A stretch of DNA of 44,907 nt from Octopus bimaculoides (lineage: Eukaryota): positions 52,402,507 to 52,447,413 of the forward strand of contig NC_068985.1 in NCBI RefSeq assembly GCF_001194135.2. The letters are read 5' to 3'. Within the stretch, counting starts at the first letter, position 1; each line of letters begins with the position of its first letter. A model generated the notes under the pieces. The model was not told the origin of the DNA. It worked only from the letters and a program-made list of their open reading frames with translations, and made no database searches. The translations under genes and the position numbers were made by a program. Of the stretch, positions 10,967 to 23,884 are shown piece by piece.

Positions 10967-13048
10967 ATATATATCTATCGAATGCTGGTGAATCACTGGT
11001 TTGAGAAATTTTTGACTTTGAGTGCAACAAGAGGTTAGCTAACTCGATGCAAGGGACTCCGTTGTTACAGCATCCAGTTTTCAGCTTTTCCGTTGAATTT
11101 TATATCTTAAGCTTAACAGAATCAACGAAAGTCACACACGCAGAAATAACACACATACACACACATAGACATAAATAAATAAATATATATATATATTTGT
11201 ATGTGTGTGTGTGCTTGTGTGTGTATGTATGTACGCGTATGTCTAAGAAATATAACGACCCCCTAGCACTTTGTTTAAGGGTGGGTCAGTTCTTAAATTT
11301 ATTTTGAAGACAACCCTAACTGACTCGTTACCTACTTATAAAACAACAAAAACGACACACTCAGTAACAGAAACAATAATAACAGCACCAGCATCAACAT
11401 CATTATCATCCGCAGCAGAAATTGCAGGTTTTTCAACAGCTAATTAAAGGACCGGGTCCACCCAAGCTTGCGTTTAAGCAAACACAACTAACGAGACTGT
11501 TGCTTGAGACAAGTCTTCAACCAACGTAGCAGAAACACTAATTCCTATATAAACTTGCCAACTATCAGAGAACTGCTAGTTTTATCTGTTAAAGTCAACA
11601 AAGTTCTGTTTCCAAAGTAATTCCCTAACGGCAAAGAATCCAGCTCATTAGTTAAAAATAAGAACAGAAATTTCCTTTTAACTTTTTCTTTCCAAAATAT
11701 CCAATGTTGTTCTCGTGTTTCACAAAACTTTGGTCAAAATTACAGATGAAGAAAACCTTGTTTCATTCAGCTCTGTGTATAATGAAAGATCGGCATGCGT
11801 CCATCCTCAGTGGTAAGCTACTGTGAGGGATGATTTTTTTTTTTTTATGTTTCCGATCGACAAGTTAGAAATAGCTTCGTAGTTGCGTATTGATATTAAA
11901 GACTTTATATTAAAGATGAAATGAAAAAGAAAGGTAAATTCAAGTAAATGAATGCATAAAATGCAAAACGTCTGTACTATACATTCAGTTCCATCTAACT
12001 CAGATATTTAGCAAGATTTTCTCTTTTACCATGATATAAAACGACCAATGAATAGTTTGTACGGATACACCACGCACCACACACAGATTTTTGACGTCAT
12101 AAGAATTTTATAAACTTTCGAGTGAATGTGAAACAATTTTTATTTGGAACACATCACATAAAGCTGTGATAATAGAATATAAAATTTGGGTTTAAAATCC
12201 CATTTGGATANNNNNNNNNNNNNNNNNNNNNNNNNNNNNNNNNNNNNNNNNNNNNNNNNNNNNNNNNNNNNNNNNNNNNNNNNNNNNNNNNNNNNNNNNN
12301 NNNNNNNNNNNNNNNNNNNNNNNNNNNNNNNNNNNNNNNNNNNNNNNNNNNNNNNNNNNNNNNNNNNNNNNNNNNNNNNNNNNNNNNNNNNNNNNNNNNN
12401 NNNNNNNNNNNNNNNNNNNNNNNNNNNNNNNNNNNNNNNNNNNNNNNNNNNNNNNNNNNNNNNNNNNNNNNNNNNNNNNNNNNNNNNNNNNNNNNNNNNN
12501 NNNNNNNNNNNNNNNNNNNNNNNNNNNNNNNNNNNNNNNNNNNNNNNNNNNNNNNNNNNNNNNNNNNNNNNNNNNNNNNNNNNNNNNNNNNNNNNNNNNN
12601 NNNNNNNNNNNNNNNNNNNNNNNNNNNNNNNNNNNNNNNNNNNNNNNNNNNNNNNNNNNNNNNNNNNNNNNNNNNNNNNNNNNNNNNNNNNNNNNNNNNN
12701 NNNNNNNNNNNNNNNNNNNNNNNNNNNNNNNNNNNNNNNNNNNNNNNNNNNNNNNNNNNNNNNNNNNNNNNNNNNNNNNNNNNNNNNNNNNNNNNNNNNN
12801 NNNNNNNNNNNNNNNNNNNNNNNNNNNNNNNNNNNNNNNNNNNNNNNNNNNNNNNNNNNNNNNNNNNNNNNNNNNNNNNNNNNNNNNNNNNNNNNNNNNN
12901 NNNNNNNNNNNNNNNNNNNNNNACACACACACACACACACACACACAAGAAAATGAGATGATAAAGGAAAAACGCTTATGTTATGAATTTCATTTGCTTA
13001 CATTACAGTTGTTTCTGCTATAGGACGCAGTGGAGAGGGTTAGTCAAT

Positions 13049-13086
<38 letters not shown>

Positions 13087-13930
13087 TGTGTGTGTGTACT
13101 CTAAATAATGCTATACGAAGCAGTGTTGAATGAAATATATTTTGATCAATTCGCTCAAGTGTACTCGGTCGTGAGAAGACCAACCACTGCAAAACTACTC
13201 CCGAGATGAAATTCTCCACCTAGACATGTAAAAATATATCAGGTGGGCTGTGAATGATGCCAGTTAACCGCAGTACGCATGTGTTTCTATGTTTATTCCC
13301 TACGTTAGCTAGGAAAACTAAATCTGTCACTCACACTCCGTTAAGAATGAAATTATTCTCAATTCTTATTAAAACAACATACGGATGATAGTAAAGTTTG
13401 GCCAAGCTAAATGCATACGTCTTCCAATCCGATAGTGTCATTCATAACCCATTTCATGTTTTTACACATATCTAAGAGGAGATTCCTCTCGGGTATATTT
13501 CCACAGCGGAAAATCTTTTCACTTCCGAGTGCAGTGGAACATGTTGAATATGATTTCACAGGAATGTGTTCCACTCAGCATCTTTTAATGCGATACTATT
13601 TATATAATTCTTGTTTGACCAAGCTTAACGCACATCAGAAAACAGCCCGCACAACGTTTTAATAATTATTTTATACTTAGCAGACTGTGAGTGACAGATA
13701 TGGTTTTCGTGGTTGACGAACTGAAACGACACAGAAGCTCATGCAACATGCGAACATACGATCCAATGACGTAATTCACTGCCCATCTTGTGTTTGTACA
13801 CATACCTAAGAGGGGAATAACCCCTTGGGAGTAACACTGCAGCGATCGGTATTCTCAAGACTGAGTTCACTTTACACAAGTATACATGCATACATACATA
13901 CATACATACATAAAAACATACATACATATA

Positions 13931-14225
13931 CAGTAGCAACTCGGTTTTCAAACGACTCTGATCGCGAATAAATCGTGCTATATATATANNNNNNNNNNNN
14001 NNNNNNNNNNNNNNNNNNNNNNNNNNNNNNNNNNNNNNNNNNNNNNNNNNNNNNNNNNNNNNNNNNNNNNNNNNNNNNNNNNNNNNNNNNNNNNNNNNNN
14101 NNNNNNNNNNNNNNNNNNNNNNNNNNNNNNNNNNNNNNNNNNNNNNNNNNNNNNNNNNNNNNNNNNNNNNNNNNNNNNNNNNNNNNNNNNNNNNNNTATA
14201 GAGAGAGAGAGAGAGAGAGAGATAG

Positions 14226-14256
<31 letters not shown>

Positions 14257-14312
14257 GATATAAAGCACGATTTATTCGTGATCAGAGGCGTTTATAAACC
14301 GGGGTTCTACTG
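13931..14312. mobile_element. Tigger/pogo-like MITE: 49-bp TIRs, TA TSD, visible interior is microsatellite plus gap
   Basis: TA-CAGTAGCAACTCGGTTTTCAAACGACTCTGATCGCGAATAAATCGTGCT ... AGCACGATTTATTCGTGATCAGAGGCGTTTATAAACCGGGGTTCTACTG-TA. Confidence 0.82.
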
Positions 14313-15269
14313 TATATATGTGTACATACATACATACATACATACATACATACATACATACATACATACATTCATACATACATACATACATACATACATA
14401 CATACATACATACATACATACACGTATATAAAAACTCACATTTTAAGAATTTAGTAGGTTCGGGAGACACGACGTATATAATTTTCAATGTTGGAATTCA
14501 AAATTATAAATAATATGGTTAGGAATATTAGGTTACAAAAAAATTTGTATGAAGGAAAAAAATTCGACATTTTTTTCCATCCAAGGTGTTTTTTAACCCA
14601 ATATTCTACACGCTATTATGTATAGATATATTTTCTTTGTGTTCCGCCATTAAAAATAATTTACTTCATATTTTCATTTGTTTAAACTTCACATCCAATC
14701 ACTCAAACGTTACGGCCATCTTTAATTTGTTTTGTCACTTTTTTACTCCTATTTCTCCCAGCTTTCCTCTACATTTCTTCATCCTTATCTTATTATTTTT
14801 TCCTACCAGTTTAAAAAAAAAAAAACATTTCTTTTCTTTTCTTTTTTCTTCTTATTGTTTTCCGTTTTCTATTTCAGTCCTTCCCATCCACCATTCCTGT
14901 TCTGTGGCTGACTCATATATTTGCACCACATCAAACTCTTGTTTATTTATATTTTCTTTTCCATTTGCTTCATTTTGTTTTTAAAATTGTATTTCTTTGT
15001 CATCGGACACATGACTTTTCTGTCATCACCCCTTAATTCAATACCTTCAACAGTTCCCACCGTATTCCTTAAAATTACCAAAGTAATTTTCTTTGTTCTC
15101 ATATGTTTCGTTCGAAGGAACAGAGCTTGTTGAAATAAGTTAATACACGGAGTTACCGATATTTCGGTAAATATAACCGATATAAAAGAATTTGCCTATT
15201 GTCAAAATAACTATAAACAATGTTATTCTCCCAATGTTCTCTCCGCATTCAAGCTTATTGGTTGGCTGG

Positions 15270-15658
15270 GCCTAGTCAATATACATACATATGCAGGCAT
15301 ACATACGTATACATATGTACAAAAAAAAATACACATTCATATACTCATGTACTTACGTATGTATATGCATACATTCATGCAGATATACATACAGACTACA
15401 TACATGCATATATGCATAAGTACCTACATACATATACACATTCATATATACATACACACATACATACAGACATATATACATGCGTACATTCATATATACA
15501 TGCATACATATATATATTCAACCACCCACCCACCCACATACAGACACACACTCACACACACATTATATAGATACATCCATACATACACATACATTCAAGC
15601 ATATATGCATGCATCCACACCTACGTACATACATACACGCGAACACACGTATACATAC

Positions 15659-15689
<31 letters not shown>

Positions 15690-15790
15690 CATACATACAT
15701 ACATGCATACTTATATACATGCATGCCTACATACATACATACCTACATATATATATACATACATGCATATATACATACACACAACTCCGG
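15270..15790. repeat. Degenerate (TACA)n/(CATA)n minisatellite-like tract
   Basis: Read directly; track ORFs are H/I/Y/T repeats. Confidence 0.92.
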
Positions 15791-16205
15791 TGTGTATAAG
15801 CTTACAGTTTATATCATTAACTTTCAAGTAAGCATATTTTTCAAGCAATATAACAACAGAAAGAGATAGCGAGGAAAGCCCTGACTGGCACGTGCGTGAA
15901 CGAACTCATTGAAATAGGATAAATAAACGTTTCAGTCAATTAATCTATGAATCTACGATTGGAAACAGAAGGTCTTTGTAAGATCTATTACCATTCTAAA
16001 GTGGCATGTGTGTATGGTGGAGAAAGAGAAAGCAGCTTAGAGTTCACACGGCTTTCACTCAACACATCTTAACAATTTTCCTCTTCACCTGTTCCGTTTG
16101 TTTTTACCACGTCGTTAGGCTCGGCACTCGAACGCACTACACTTCCTCATCTATAAAATTTTCTACTCATTAACTCTTTATTTGCAGTGTTATAAAATGT
16201 AAATA

Positions 16206-16390
16206 CCATATTTTCTGGCATACAAGTCGAATTTTTCAGACCAAAATTTACTGCGAAAAATGGTAGGTCAACTTATAGACCAAGACGACCTCAGGGGACC
16301 AAATATTCCTTGTGAAATGCAGCAGATATTTTAATATTTACACTGTGTTTACACTATATTCTGTGTCGACTTGTATGCCGGATGATACGG
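16206..16390. mobile_element. Tc1/mariner-superfamily (pogo/Tc2-like) MITE, 185 bp
   Basis: TA-CCATATTTTCTGGCATACAAGTCGA ... TCGACTTGTATGCCGGATGATACGG-TA. Confidence 0.8.
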
Positions 16391-16878
16391 TAAGTTACTC
16401 AAGCATTTACTTTCCAATTTTAATAAACGTTCCATGATAAAATAATGATGTATTTAGCGGTAAAGATTTTCTATTTGATGGCATATATGACGCATTTCTT
16501 TTCAATGAATATTTAAAAAATTTACCCCGGATGCTACATGTAACGTTGGAACTCCAATAAAACTTCTAAAAAACTCTTCTTTCCTGAATAAGCGCGATTA
16601 ATATGCCTGTGCATCTTTTATGCTATCAACTACGGTATTCTAATCAGCTATGTTCGATTCAATTTACTAGGTATGCTCGATTAAAATTTCTGCCGAAATC
16701 TTTCGTGATTTAACCTTTGAGTTTCTATATCTGCATTCCAAGTTATGCTCCCGAGGAAGAAAAAAAAAAAAAAAAAAAAAAACAAGCGAAGACCAGGTTT
16801 AATTGCATTAGTAATTAAGCGTTGGCTTCTACTATCTAATTGATAAATTGCACGAAGCAATGGTTAGGCCGGATTATA

Positions 16879-17089
16879 CAGGGTGTCCACAAAGTCTGGG
16901 TACATGGAGTTAATAAAATCATAAGATAGACAATTAAATATAAGAAATAATAATTTCTTAAAGTATGTGTTAATCCCCATGTGTGTACATGGAGTAAATA
17001 AAATCATAACATTAACAATGAAATGTAAGAAATAATAATTTCTTAAAGTATGTACCCAGACTTTGTACCCAGATTTTGTGGACATCTTG
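16879..17089. mobile_element. Tc1-like MITE with an internal ~85-bp tandem duplication
   Basis: TA-CAGGGTGTCCACAAAGTCTGGGTAC ... GTACCCAGATTTTGTGGACATCTTG-TA; interior GTACATGGAGT.AATAAAATCATAA..AAGAAATAATAATTTCTTAAAGTATGT occurs twice. Confidence 0.88.
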
Positions 17090-17099
17090 TAAAGTAAAA

Positions 17100-17180
17100 A
17101 ACAATTGCGCAAGGTGCTATGCAGTAGAACTGAATGTGAAACCCTGTGATTTCGAAGCGAACTTCTTAACCACACAGCTT
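17100..17180 (-). mobile_element. Diverged SINE family A head fragment
   Basis: GCAAGGTGCTATGCAGTAGAACTGAA..CTTCTTAACCACACAGC resembles the reverse complement of the family A head. Confidence 0.55.
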
Positions 17181-17844
17181 AAATTAAAACAATACCTGTA
17201 AATTATAAAAGAAAATGATTTATCGAAACAGGATTTTTAAAACAGATTTAAATATTTATTTTTTGTATAACTTTGATATGCGATATCAACAGTTATAAAG
17301 TAATAATATATAATAGTTTGTAACGTAATGTCTTTCTATAATAAAAGCCGATATTAATGTTGGCTGACTGGTTGGTTGGCTGGCTGGTTGGCTGGTTGAC
17401 AGCCACGCTTTACATCGCATAGAGAAAGAGAGGGGGGATAAAGATAGGAAGAGAGAGGGAGAGAGAGAGAGTAAAAATGAGATACAGAGAGCTAATACAA
17501 GAAGTGGTGGCAAGGAATAATGACTTTCTAAAAAATACACATCTTTTAAAGGAAATTTTGCAGAAATAGGCCTTTGATGCATTTGAATGCTATTACGTCA
17601 TTAAAATTTAGAACAAATAATGATGTGCTTATTACAATTATATAAATGCGAAATGTGTTTCTTTTAATTTTATTTAAGGTAGTGAATAAATATTTTTCGT
17701 TTGAAAATTAGTATTCATCTCATCAATTTGTATAAGCAGCAATAAATTTTTCTAAAAGTCAACTTATGCTTATGGTTTATAAGCTATATTTCTTGATATT
17801 ACTTATGGTAGCAAAAGTATGTTCTCAAAGATATCCGATATATA

Positions 17845-17900
<56 letters not shown>

Positions 17901-17902
<2 letters not shown>

Positions 17903-19698
17903 CATGGATCGACTATCGTAAGGCGTACGATGTGATCCCACATTCTTGGGTTATGGAATGTATGAACCTGTTTGGTATTGCATCGAATGTTGAGCGATTG
18001 CTTGGACAAAGTATGGGGAAGTGGAGGACAGAACTGACAGCATATAGAAGTTTAGGGACAATAGAAATCAGGAGGGCATCTTCCAAGGGGACTGTCTGTC
18101 TCCACTGATCTTTGTACTGTGCATGATACCAATAGCACTGATTCTGAGGAAAGCAAAGGCTGGGTATGTATTCAAAAGCTGCTAGCAAAAAATCAACCAC
18201 TTGTTATTCATGGATGACCTCAAACTTTATGGTAAAGATGAATCTGTCCCCTCGTTGATACGGTGTATAATTTCAGCGCTGATATCAGAATGGAATTCTG
18301 ACTGAAAAAGTGTGGTGTGTTAGTCTTGAAGAGAGGCAAAATCAAATGTATGGACGGGGTAGAGATACCGTCGGTGGAGGTTATGAAGCAGATAGAAAAC
18401 ATGGGATATCAGAACTTGGGGATATTAGAAATGGATAAATTGATGAAGAAAGAAATGACAGAAAAATTTATGGTGGAGTACTTGCACAGACTGAGACTGA
18501 TCCTTAAATCGAAATTAAACGGACGGAATAAGATTGAAGCTATCAACACCTGGGCGGTTTCACTACTTAGATATGGAGCAGGGGTAATTGCATGAACAGT
18601 AGATGAACTAAACAGCTTAGACAGAAAGACAAGGAAGTTGCTGACTAGATATGGGATACTCCACCCCAAAAGTGACACAGACAGACTGTATGTACAAAGA
18701 AAAAGAGGAGGAAAAGGACTGATTGGATGCGAACACAGCATTAGAGCAGAAGAAAACAACATAGCATGGTATGTAAAAAATGCTACAGAACCGCTATTAT
18801 TGGAAGTAAGAAGGTCAGGCTTGTGTAGGATGGAAAATTTCAAAGATAAAGCACTGTACAAGGACTTGATAATGAATGAAACTGAAAATAGGTGGATAAA
18901 GAAAAGAATGCATGGACAATTTCATAGGGATGTTGAAGGTAAGACAGACAGAGAAAAAAGATGGCTATGGATGACTATAAGTGATTTAAAACGGCGGTTC
19001 TAATCTGTGCTGCCCAAAAGCAAGCATTAAGAACGAATTACATCAAATACAGAATAGATAACACATCAGAAAATGATAGGTGCAGAATTTGTGGACAAAA
19101 TGGTGAAACCGTATGACATATTACCAGTCAATGTACGCCACTATCCCAGAAAGAATATAAGAGACGTCATGACAATATAGCAAGGATTGTCCATTGGACA
19201 CTTTGCAACAAGTATGAACTTTACAGAGGAAAAAATTGGTTCGAAAATAAACCCGAAGGCATCATCAAAAATGATAATGCAAAGATCCTATAGGATTTTA
19301 TGATTCAGTGCGACCATGATATAAAAAATAGGAAACCAGACATGGTGTTGAGAAAGAAATCAAACGATGCTGGGTCGTAGATATAACTCGCCCAGCTGAC
19401 AACAAGGTATGCGATAAAGAAGAAAGAAAGTCAATAGATATGACAGGTTAGCTTGGGGGGTTAAGCAGTTGTGGTCAATGAAGAGAGTAAACGTGATACC
19501 AGTAGTAATTGGTGCACTTGGAAGTATCAGCATTCAACTACCAAAATGGCTGAAAAAGATTGGTGCACGTGTGAAGGTAGAACACCCACAAAGATCAGCA
19601 TTGCTTGGAACTGCAAGAATTCTTCGCAGGGTTCTTGAATTATAACCAGTAAACAAGATTCACCTTAGTCTGCTGGCTGCGGGCAGCTGACGCTTTCC
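17901..19698 (+). mobile_element. Dong/R4-clade non-LTR retrotransposon, 5'-truncated and decayed (RT, CCHC finger, restriction-like endonuclease), inserted in (TAA)n
   Basis: Translation across stops and frameshifts: WIDYRKAYDVIPHSW..RRGIFQGDCLSPLIF..NHLLFMDDLKLYG..INTWAVSLLRYGAG..HPKSDTDRLYVQRKRGGKGL..CRICGQNGETV*HITSQC..KPDMVL..VIPVVIGALG..ALLGTARILRRVL; (AAT)n on both flanks. Confidence 0.96.
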
Positions 19699-19724
19699 AT
19701 AATAATAATGATAATAATAATAAT

Positions 19725-20351
19725 AATGGTTCCAATTTTAGGCGTGTGTAAGATAATTACATCGACGTCAGTACTTAATTGATACTTTAATTTGTCGATC
19801 TCGAAAGGACGAAAGGCAAAGTTACTTTGGATGAATTTTAGCCTGATGCGCTAGCTATACTGCCTCTTCTCCGACATAGTAATGCTAACAGTGGTGCAAA
19901 TTTTGGCACAGGACCAACAGTTTTTGAGGGGAGGAGGAGGTCGATGCTAGCGATTCCACCAGCACATTGCTTTAACAACAACAACAACAACAACAACAAC
20001 AAAGGGCAGCAGCAACAGCAGCAACAACAACAACAGTAGCAATAATAACCCTTTCTACTAAAGGCACAAGGCCTGAAATTTGTGGGGAGGGAGCTAGTCG
20101 ATTACATCGACCCCAATGTTTCACTGGTACTTAATTTATCGACGCTGAAAAGATGCAAGGCAAAGTTGACCCCAGCGGAATTTGAACTAAGGTATTATTT
20201 GTTGTTATCCTTATCTAAGGCAGCGACCTGGGAAAATCGTTACCACGCTGGACAAAATGTGTAACCGTATTTCGTCCGCCTTTACGTTCTGAGTTCAAAT
20301 TCCACCCAGGTCGACTTCGTCTTTTATCCTTTCGGAGTCGATAAATTAAGT
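19725..20351. mobile_element. Cluster of SINE family B copies: degenerate - strand fragments (~19725-19975), - strand copy ~20045-20189, + strand 5' part 20217-20351 ending in a gap; (CAA/CAG)n at ~19975-20040
   Basis: Repeated diagnostic motifs GATTACATCGACCCC, CTGGTACTTAATTTATCGAC, GTTCTGAGTTCAAATTCC. Confidence 0.85.
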
Positions 20352-21060
20352 NNNNNNNNNNNNNNNNNNNNNNNNNNNNNNNNNNNNNNNNNNNNNNNNN
20401 NNNNNNNNNNNNNNNNNNNNNNNNNNNNNNNNNNNNNNNNNNNNNNNNNNNNNNNNNNNNNNNNNNNNNNNNNNNNNNNNNNNNNNNNNNNNNNNNNNNN
20501 NNNNNNNNNNNNNNNNNNNNNNNNNNNNNNNNNNNNNNNNNNNNNNNNNNNNNNNNNNNNNNNNNNNNNNNNNNNNNNNNNNNNNNNNNNNNNNNNNNNN
20601 NNNNNNNNNNNNNNNNNNNNNNNNNNNNNNNNNNNNNNNNNNNNNNNNNNNNNNNNNNNNNNNNNNNNNNNNNNNNNNNNNNNNNNNNNNNNNNNNNNNN
20701 NNNNNNNNNNNNNNNNNNNNNNNNNNNNNNNNNNNNNNNNNNNNNNNNNNNNNNNNNNNNNNNNNNNNNNNNNNNNNNNNNNNNNNNNNNNNNNNNNNNN
20801 NNNNNNNNNNNNNNNNNNNNNNNNNNNNNNNNNNNNNNNNNNNNNNNNNNNNNNNNNNNNNNNNNNNNNNNNNNNNNNNNNNNNNNNNNNNNNNNNNNNN
20901 NNNNNNNNNNNNNNNNNNNNNNNNNNNNNNNNNNNNNNNNNNNNNNNNNNNNNNNNNNNNNNNNNNNNNNNNNNNNNNNNNNNNNNNNNNNNNNNNNNNN
21001 NNNNNNNNNNNNNNNNNNNNNNNNNNNNNNNNNNNNNNNNNNNNNNNNNNNNNNNNNNNN

Positions 21061-21110
<50 letters not shown>

Positions 21111-21985
21111 ACATATATGAAAGGGTAATTGTTATAGGGCTCCCGTTTTCTCGTCCTTCAACCGTAAATTTCTCCACCACTGCTATTTATCTGATACAAT
21201 CACATTTCTTCATTGTCTTCTAGACATTTGACAACTTGGCAGGTTGCTTCTGCCGTGTCACTTCTCAGAAAGTTGCCACCCCAGTAGACTTAGCGTAGGG
21301 CTGTTTTGTTAGTGTCTCAACATTTGTGAACTTTGCATCAATACTTACCTGTGAATTACTTGAATAAACTATATTGATTGTCCAGACAGTTCATCAAGGT
21401 AAAGAAGCGTCAAACTACATACAAACACAAAAATAAAGCGATTTTTGCTGAACCTGATCATGTTACAAATCAGAGGCTACTGCAATAAGTCTGCGCTCCA
21501 ATTGCTTAGCCGTGTAAAACCCTCATCCATGCGTGACAAAAGATAATTATTTGCCAGTGAACAATGACAAAAAATGCTCTTTTTTTTATTAATAAAGAGA
21601 ATAGATGACGTTGCCATCAAAATTCGTTACAGAAAAAATATTAGAATGTGATTGTTTGATTGTGTTTATATGCTCTAGCTTATTATTAGTTACTAAGTAT
21701 TAATTATTAATACTATGCTCTATCTTACATTAGTAAGTTACGAATCACATCCTATTAACTACTACTAATGGTATGGTCTGTATAACTCAAAGTTAGGTCT
21801 GTCTTTGTAATCATATTTATTAGTATGATCTTAATAATAGTAAGTTACTAATAGTACAGTCTATCATTCCAATAGTTATAAACAGCAGATCATAATAATA
21901 GTTAACAATAGTATAGTTTATCTAATAGTACTAACTTATAGTTACTAACCTTATGGTCTATCTTAGGCGCAGTTATGCTTTTATA

Positions 21986-22148
21986 GGCGCAAGCATGGCG
22001 TTGTGGTTAAGAAGCTCGCTTTACAACCACGAAGTTACGAGTTCAGTTCCACAGCATAGCGCCTTAGACAAGTATTTTCAACTATAACCCCGGCCAATGT
22101 CTTGTGAGTAAATTTTGTAGACGAAAACTGTGCAGAAGTCCTTCCGTC
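21986..22148 (+). mobile_element. Diverged SINE family A 5' half ending in (TA)n and a gap
   Basis: GGCGCAAGCATGGCGTTGTGGTTAAG..ACAACCAC..GAGTTCAGTTCC..CTATAACCC..CTTGTGAGT..GTAGACGAAAACTG..CCGTC. Confidence 0.75.
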
Positions 22149-22339
22149 ATATATANNNNNNNNNNNNNNNNNNNNNNNNNNNNNNNNNNNNNNNNNNNNN
22201 NNNNNNNNNNNNNNNNNNNNNNNNNNNNNNNNNNNNNNNNATATATACATGCCTGTCTTTACACACTCACATATACTGATGGTGATGATGGCTGAACAAC
22301 CTACACAGGTGATCAAATATTTGTACTGTACATTAGCTC

Positions 22340-22535
22340 ACTCCCTCCATCAAATCGCCATTACTTGTATAAGTACATGATGGCGTGCTGCAAGTCAAAT
22401 CTCGAAGGGATCGTACAGCAACGTAAAATGAATTGTTTTGCTTAGAAGCACAACGCATCACCGTGCTCCGGAATCGAAACCACGATCTTGCGACCGTGAG
22501 TGCATTATTTTAACCATTATGCCATGCGACTTCAC
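22340..22535 (-). mobile_element. Third tRNA-derived SINE type (tRNA-like head; left boundary uncertain)
   Basis: Minus strand GTGAAGTCGCATGGCATAATGGTTA (A-box-like)..CGTGGTTTCGATTCCGG (B-box)..GCGTTGTGCTTCTAAGCAAAACA. Confidence 0.65.
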
Positions 22536-22999
22536 TTGAAGGCTTCAGATGATAGAGAAATAGAATATTTTTACGTTTTTCGTTATGCTCTTAGTTCAAA
22601 TCTCAATAGGGTCTCCCCTAAATTTCACTAAACCGTGATCAATATAAAGAAAAGTAACACATTCATTTAACGATTAATATTATAGATAGTTTGTATCCAC
22701 CAGATGTGTGGTCTTGTGCCTAAGTTAGAAAGAAGTTATGATAGACATAACAAAAACTTATAAAATGTTCAAAACAACCATCTGTATCGTGTAAATATTA
22801 AACAAAATATATTTAGTGTAGCAAAAGATGTTTATATTGTTTGTCAGTTTGAGACACACATATATAAGCTAGATTAATCTAGAATAGATATACAGTAGCA
22901 TCGGTACCTTTTGACGTTTCGAGCTGAGAGGTATATATGAAGAATGCTGCTGAAAGATATTTCAAATATTTACGTTCAACTTGATATGTGTGTGTGTGT

Positions 23000-23041
<42 letters not shown>

Positions 23042-23464
23042 ATGTATTCGCAATGTTGCTTTTGAAAGTACTTGCAACTGAAATACCATGTAACTGTGCT
23101 GGGCACTCTCAATGAGACGTCTACGTCTTAAGAATTAACTTCCCGGAATGAAGGAAAGAGAGAGAGAGAGGGGGAGAGGGAGGGAAATGTAAACTTGACA
23201 GAACAGTATGTATGTATATACACAGACACATATACACACACATACACATGTATATATATACATATATATGAATATAATTACATATATAATTATAGATGTA
23301 TAATTATACATACATGTGTGTGTGTAGTTTACGTTTCCCTTCAGGGTCGATCAACAAAAAAGTACTCCATCTGGTGAGAGATAAATATTGTTTAATATAC
23401 ACAGTATACAGTTATGAGCTACTAATAGTAGCTTATAATTACATACTATGTATAATAAACAATG

Positions 23465-23506
<42 letters not shown>

Positions 23507-23884
23507 TATACACAAGCATACGCGCATATGTTTATGTAGATACTATTTGTTATGTGTTTGTATGCACAGTTATAAAACAGAAATAGGCCAATATTAATTG
23601 GTGGATTACTACTCAATATATCTAAGCAGAGAAACATATTTTACGGGGATACAAGAAAAATGTCCACAGAGACTTCGAAGTTATGCTGATTGTCGACTAC
23701 GCTTGCTTCTCTGACGAATCCAGACACAATTGAAACATAAAAGCGAATGTGAAGAAAAATTTATATATACACAGTATATATTCTTTTATTCTTTAATTCT
23801 TATGCACTTACGCATGTATTAATTAAATTACAAATTAAAAACAGCTCTCGTATTATAAACATTTTCGGCTACACTTTCATAGTG

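Noticed and set aside
16760-16782. Poly-A run as a processed pseudogene tail
   Set aside because: No upstream ORF, polyadenylation signal or TSD.
21760-21965. AATAGT/GTTACT-rich degenerate repeat as a structured element
   Set aside because: Low-complexity decayed minisatellite with no consistent period.
22470-22535. tRNA gene (also SINE heads at 24632 and 34313)
   Set aside because: A/B boxes are present but there is no complete cloverleaf, and the heads continue into SINE bodies.
22905-22935. Minus-strand GCTC GAAAC GTC AAAAAG half-hammerhead
   Set aside because: Too short, with no core or matching helix I upstream; cannot be told from chance.
23700-23745. CTGACGA...GAAAC ATA as a hammerhead
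   Set aside because: No helix II pairing and helix I has mismatches; likely chance.
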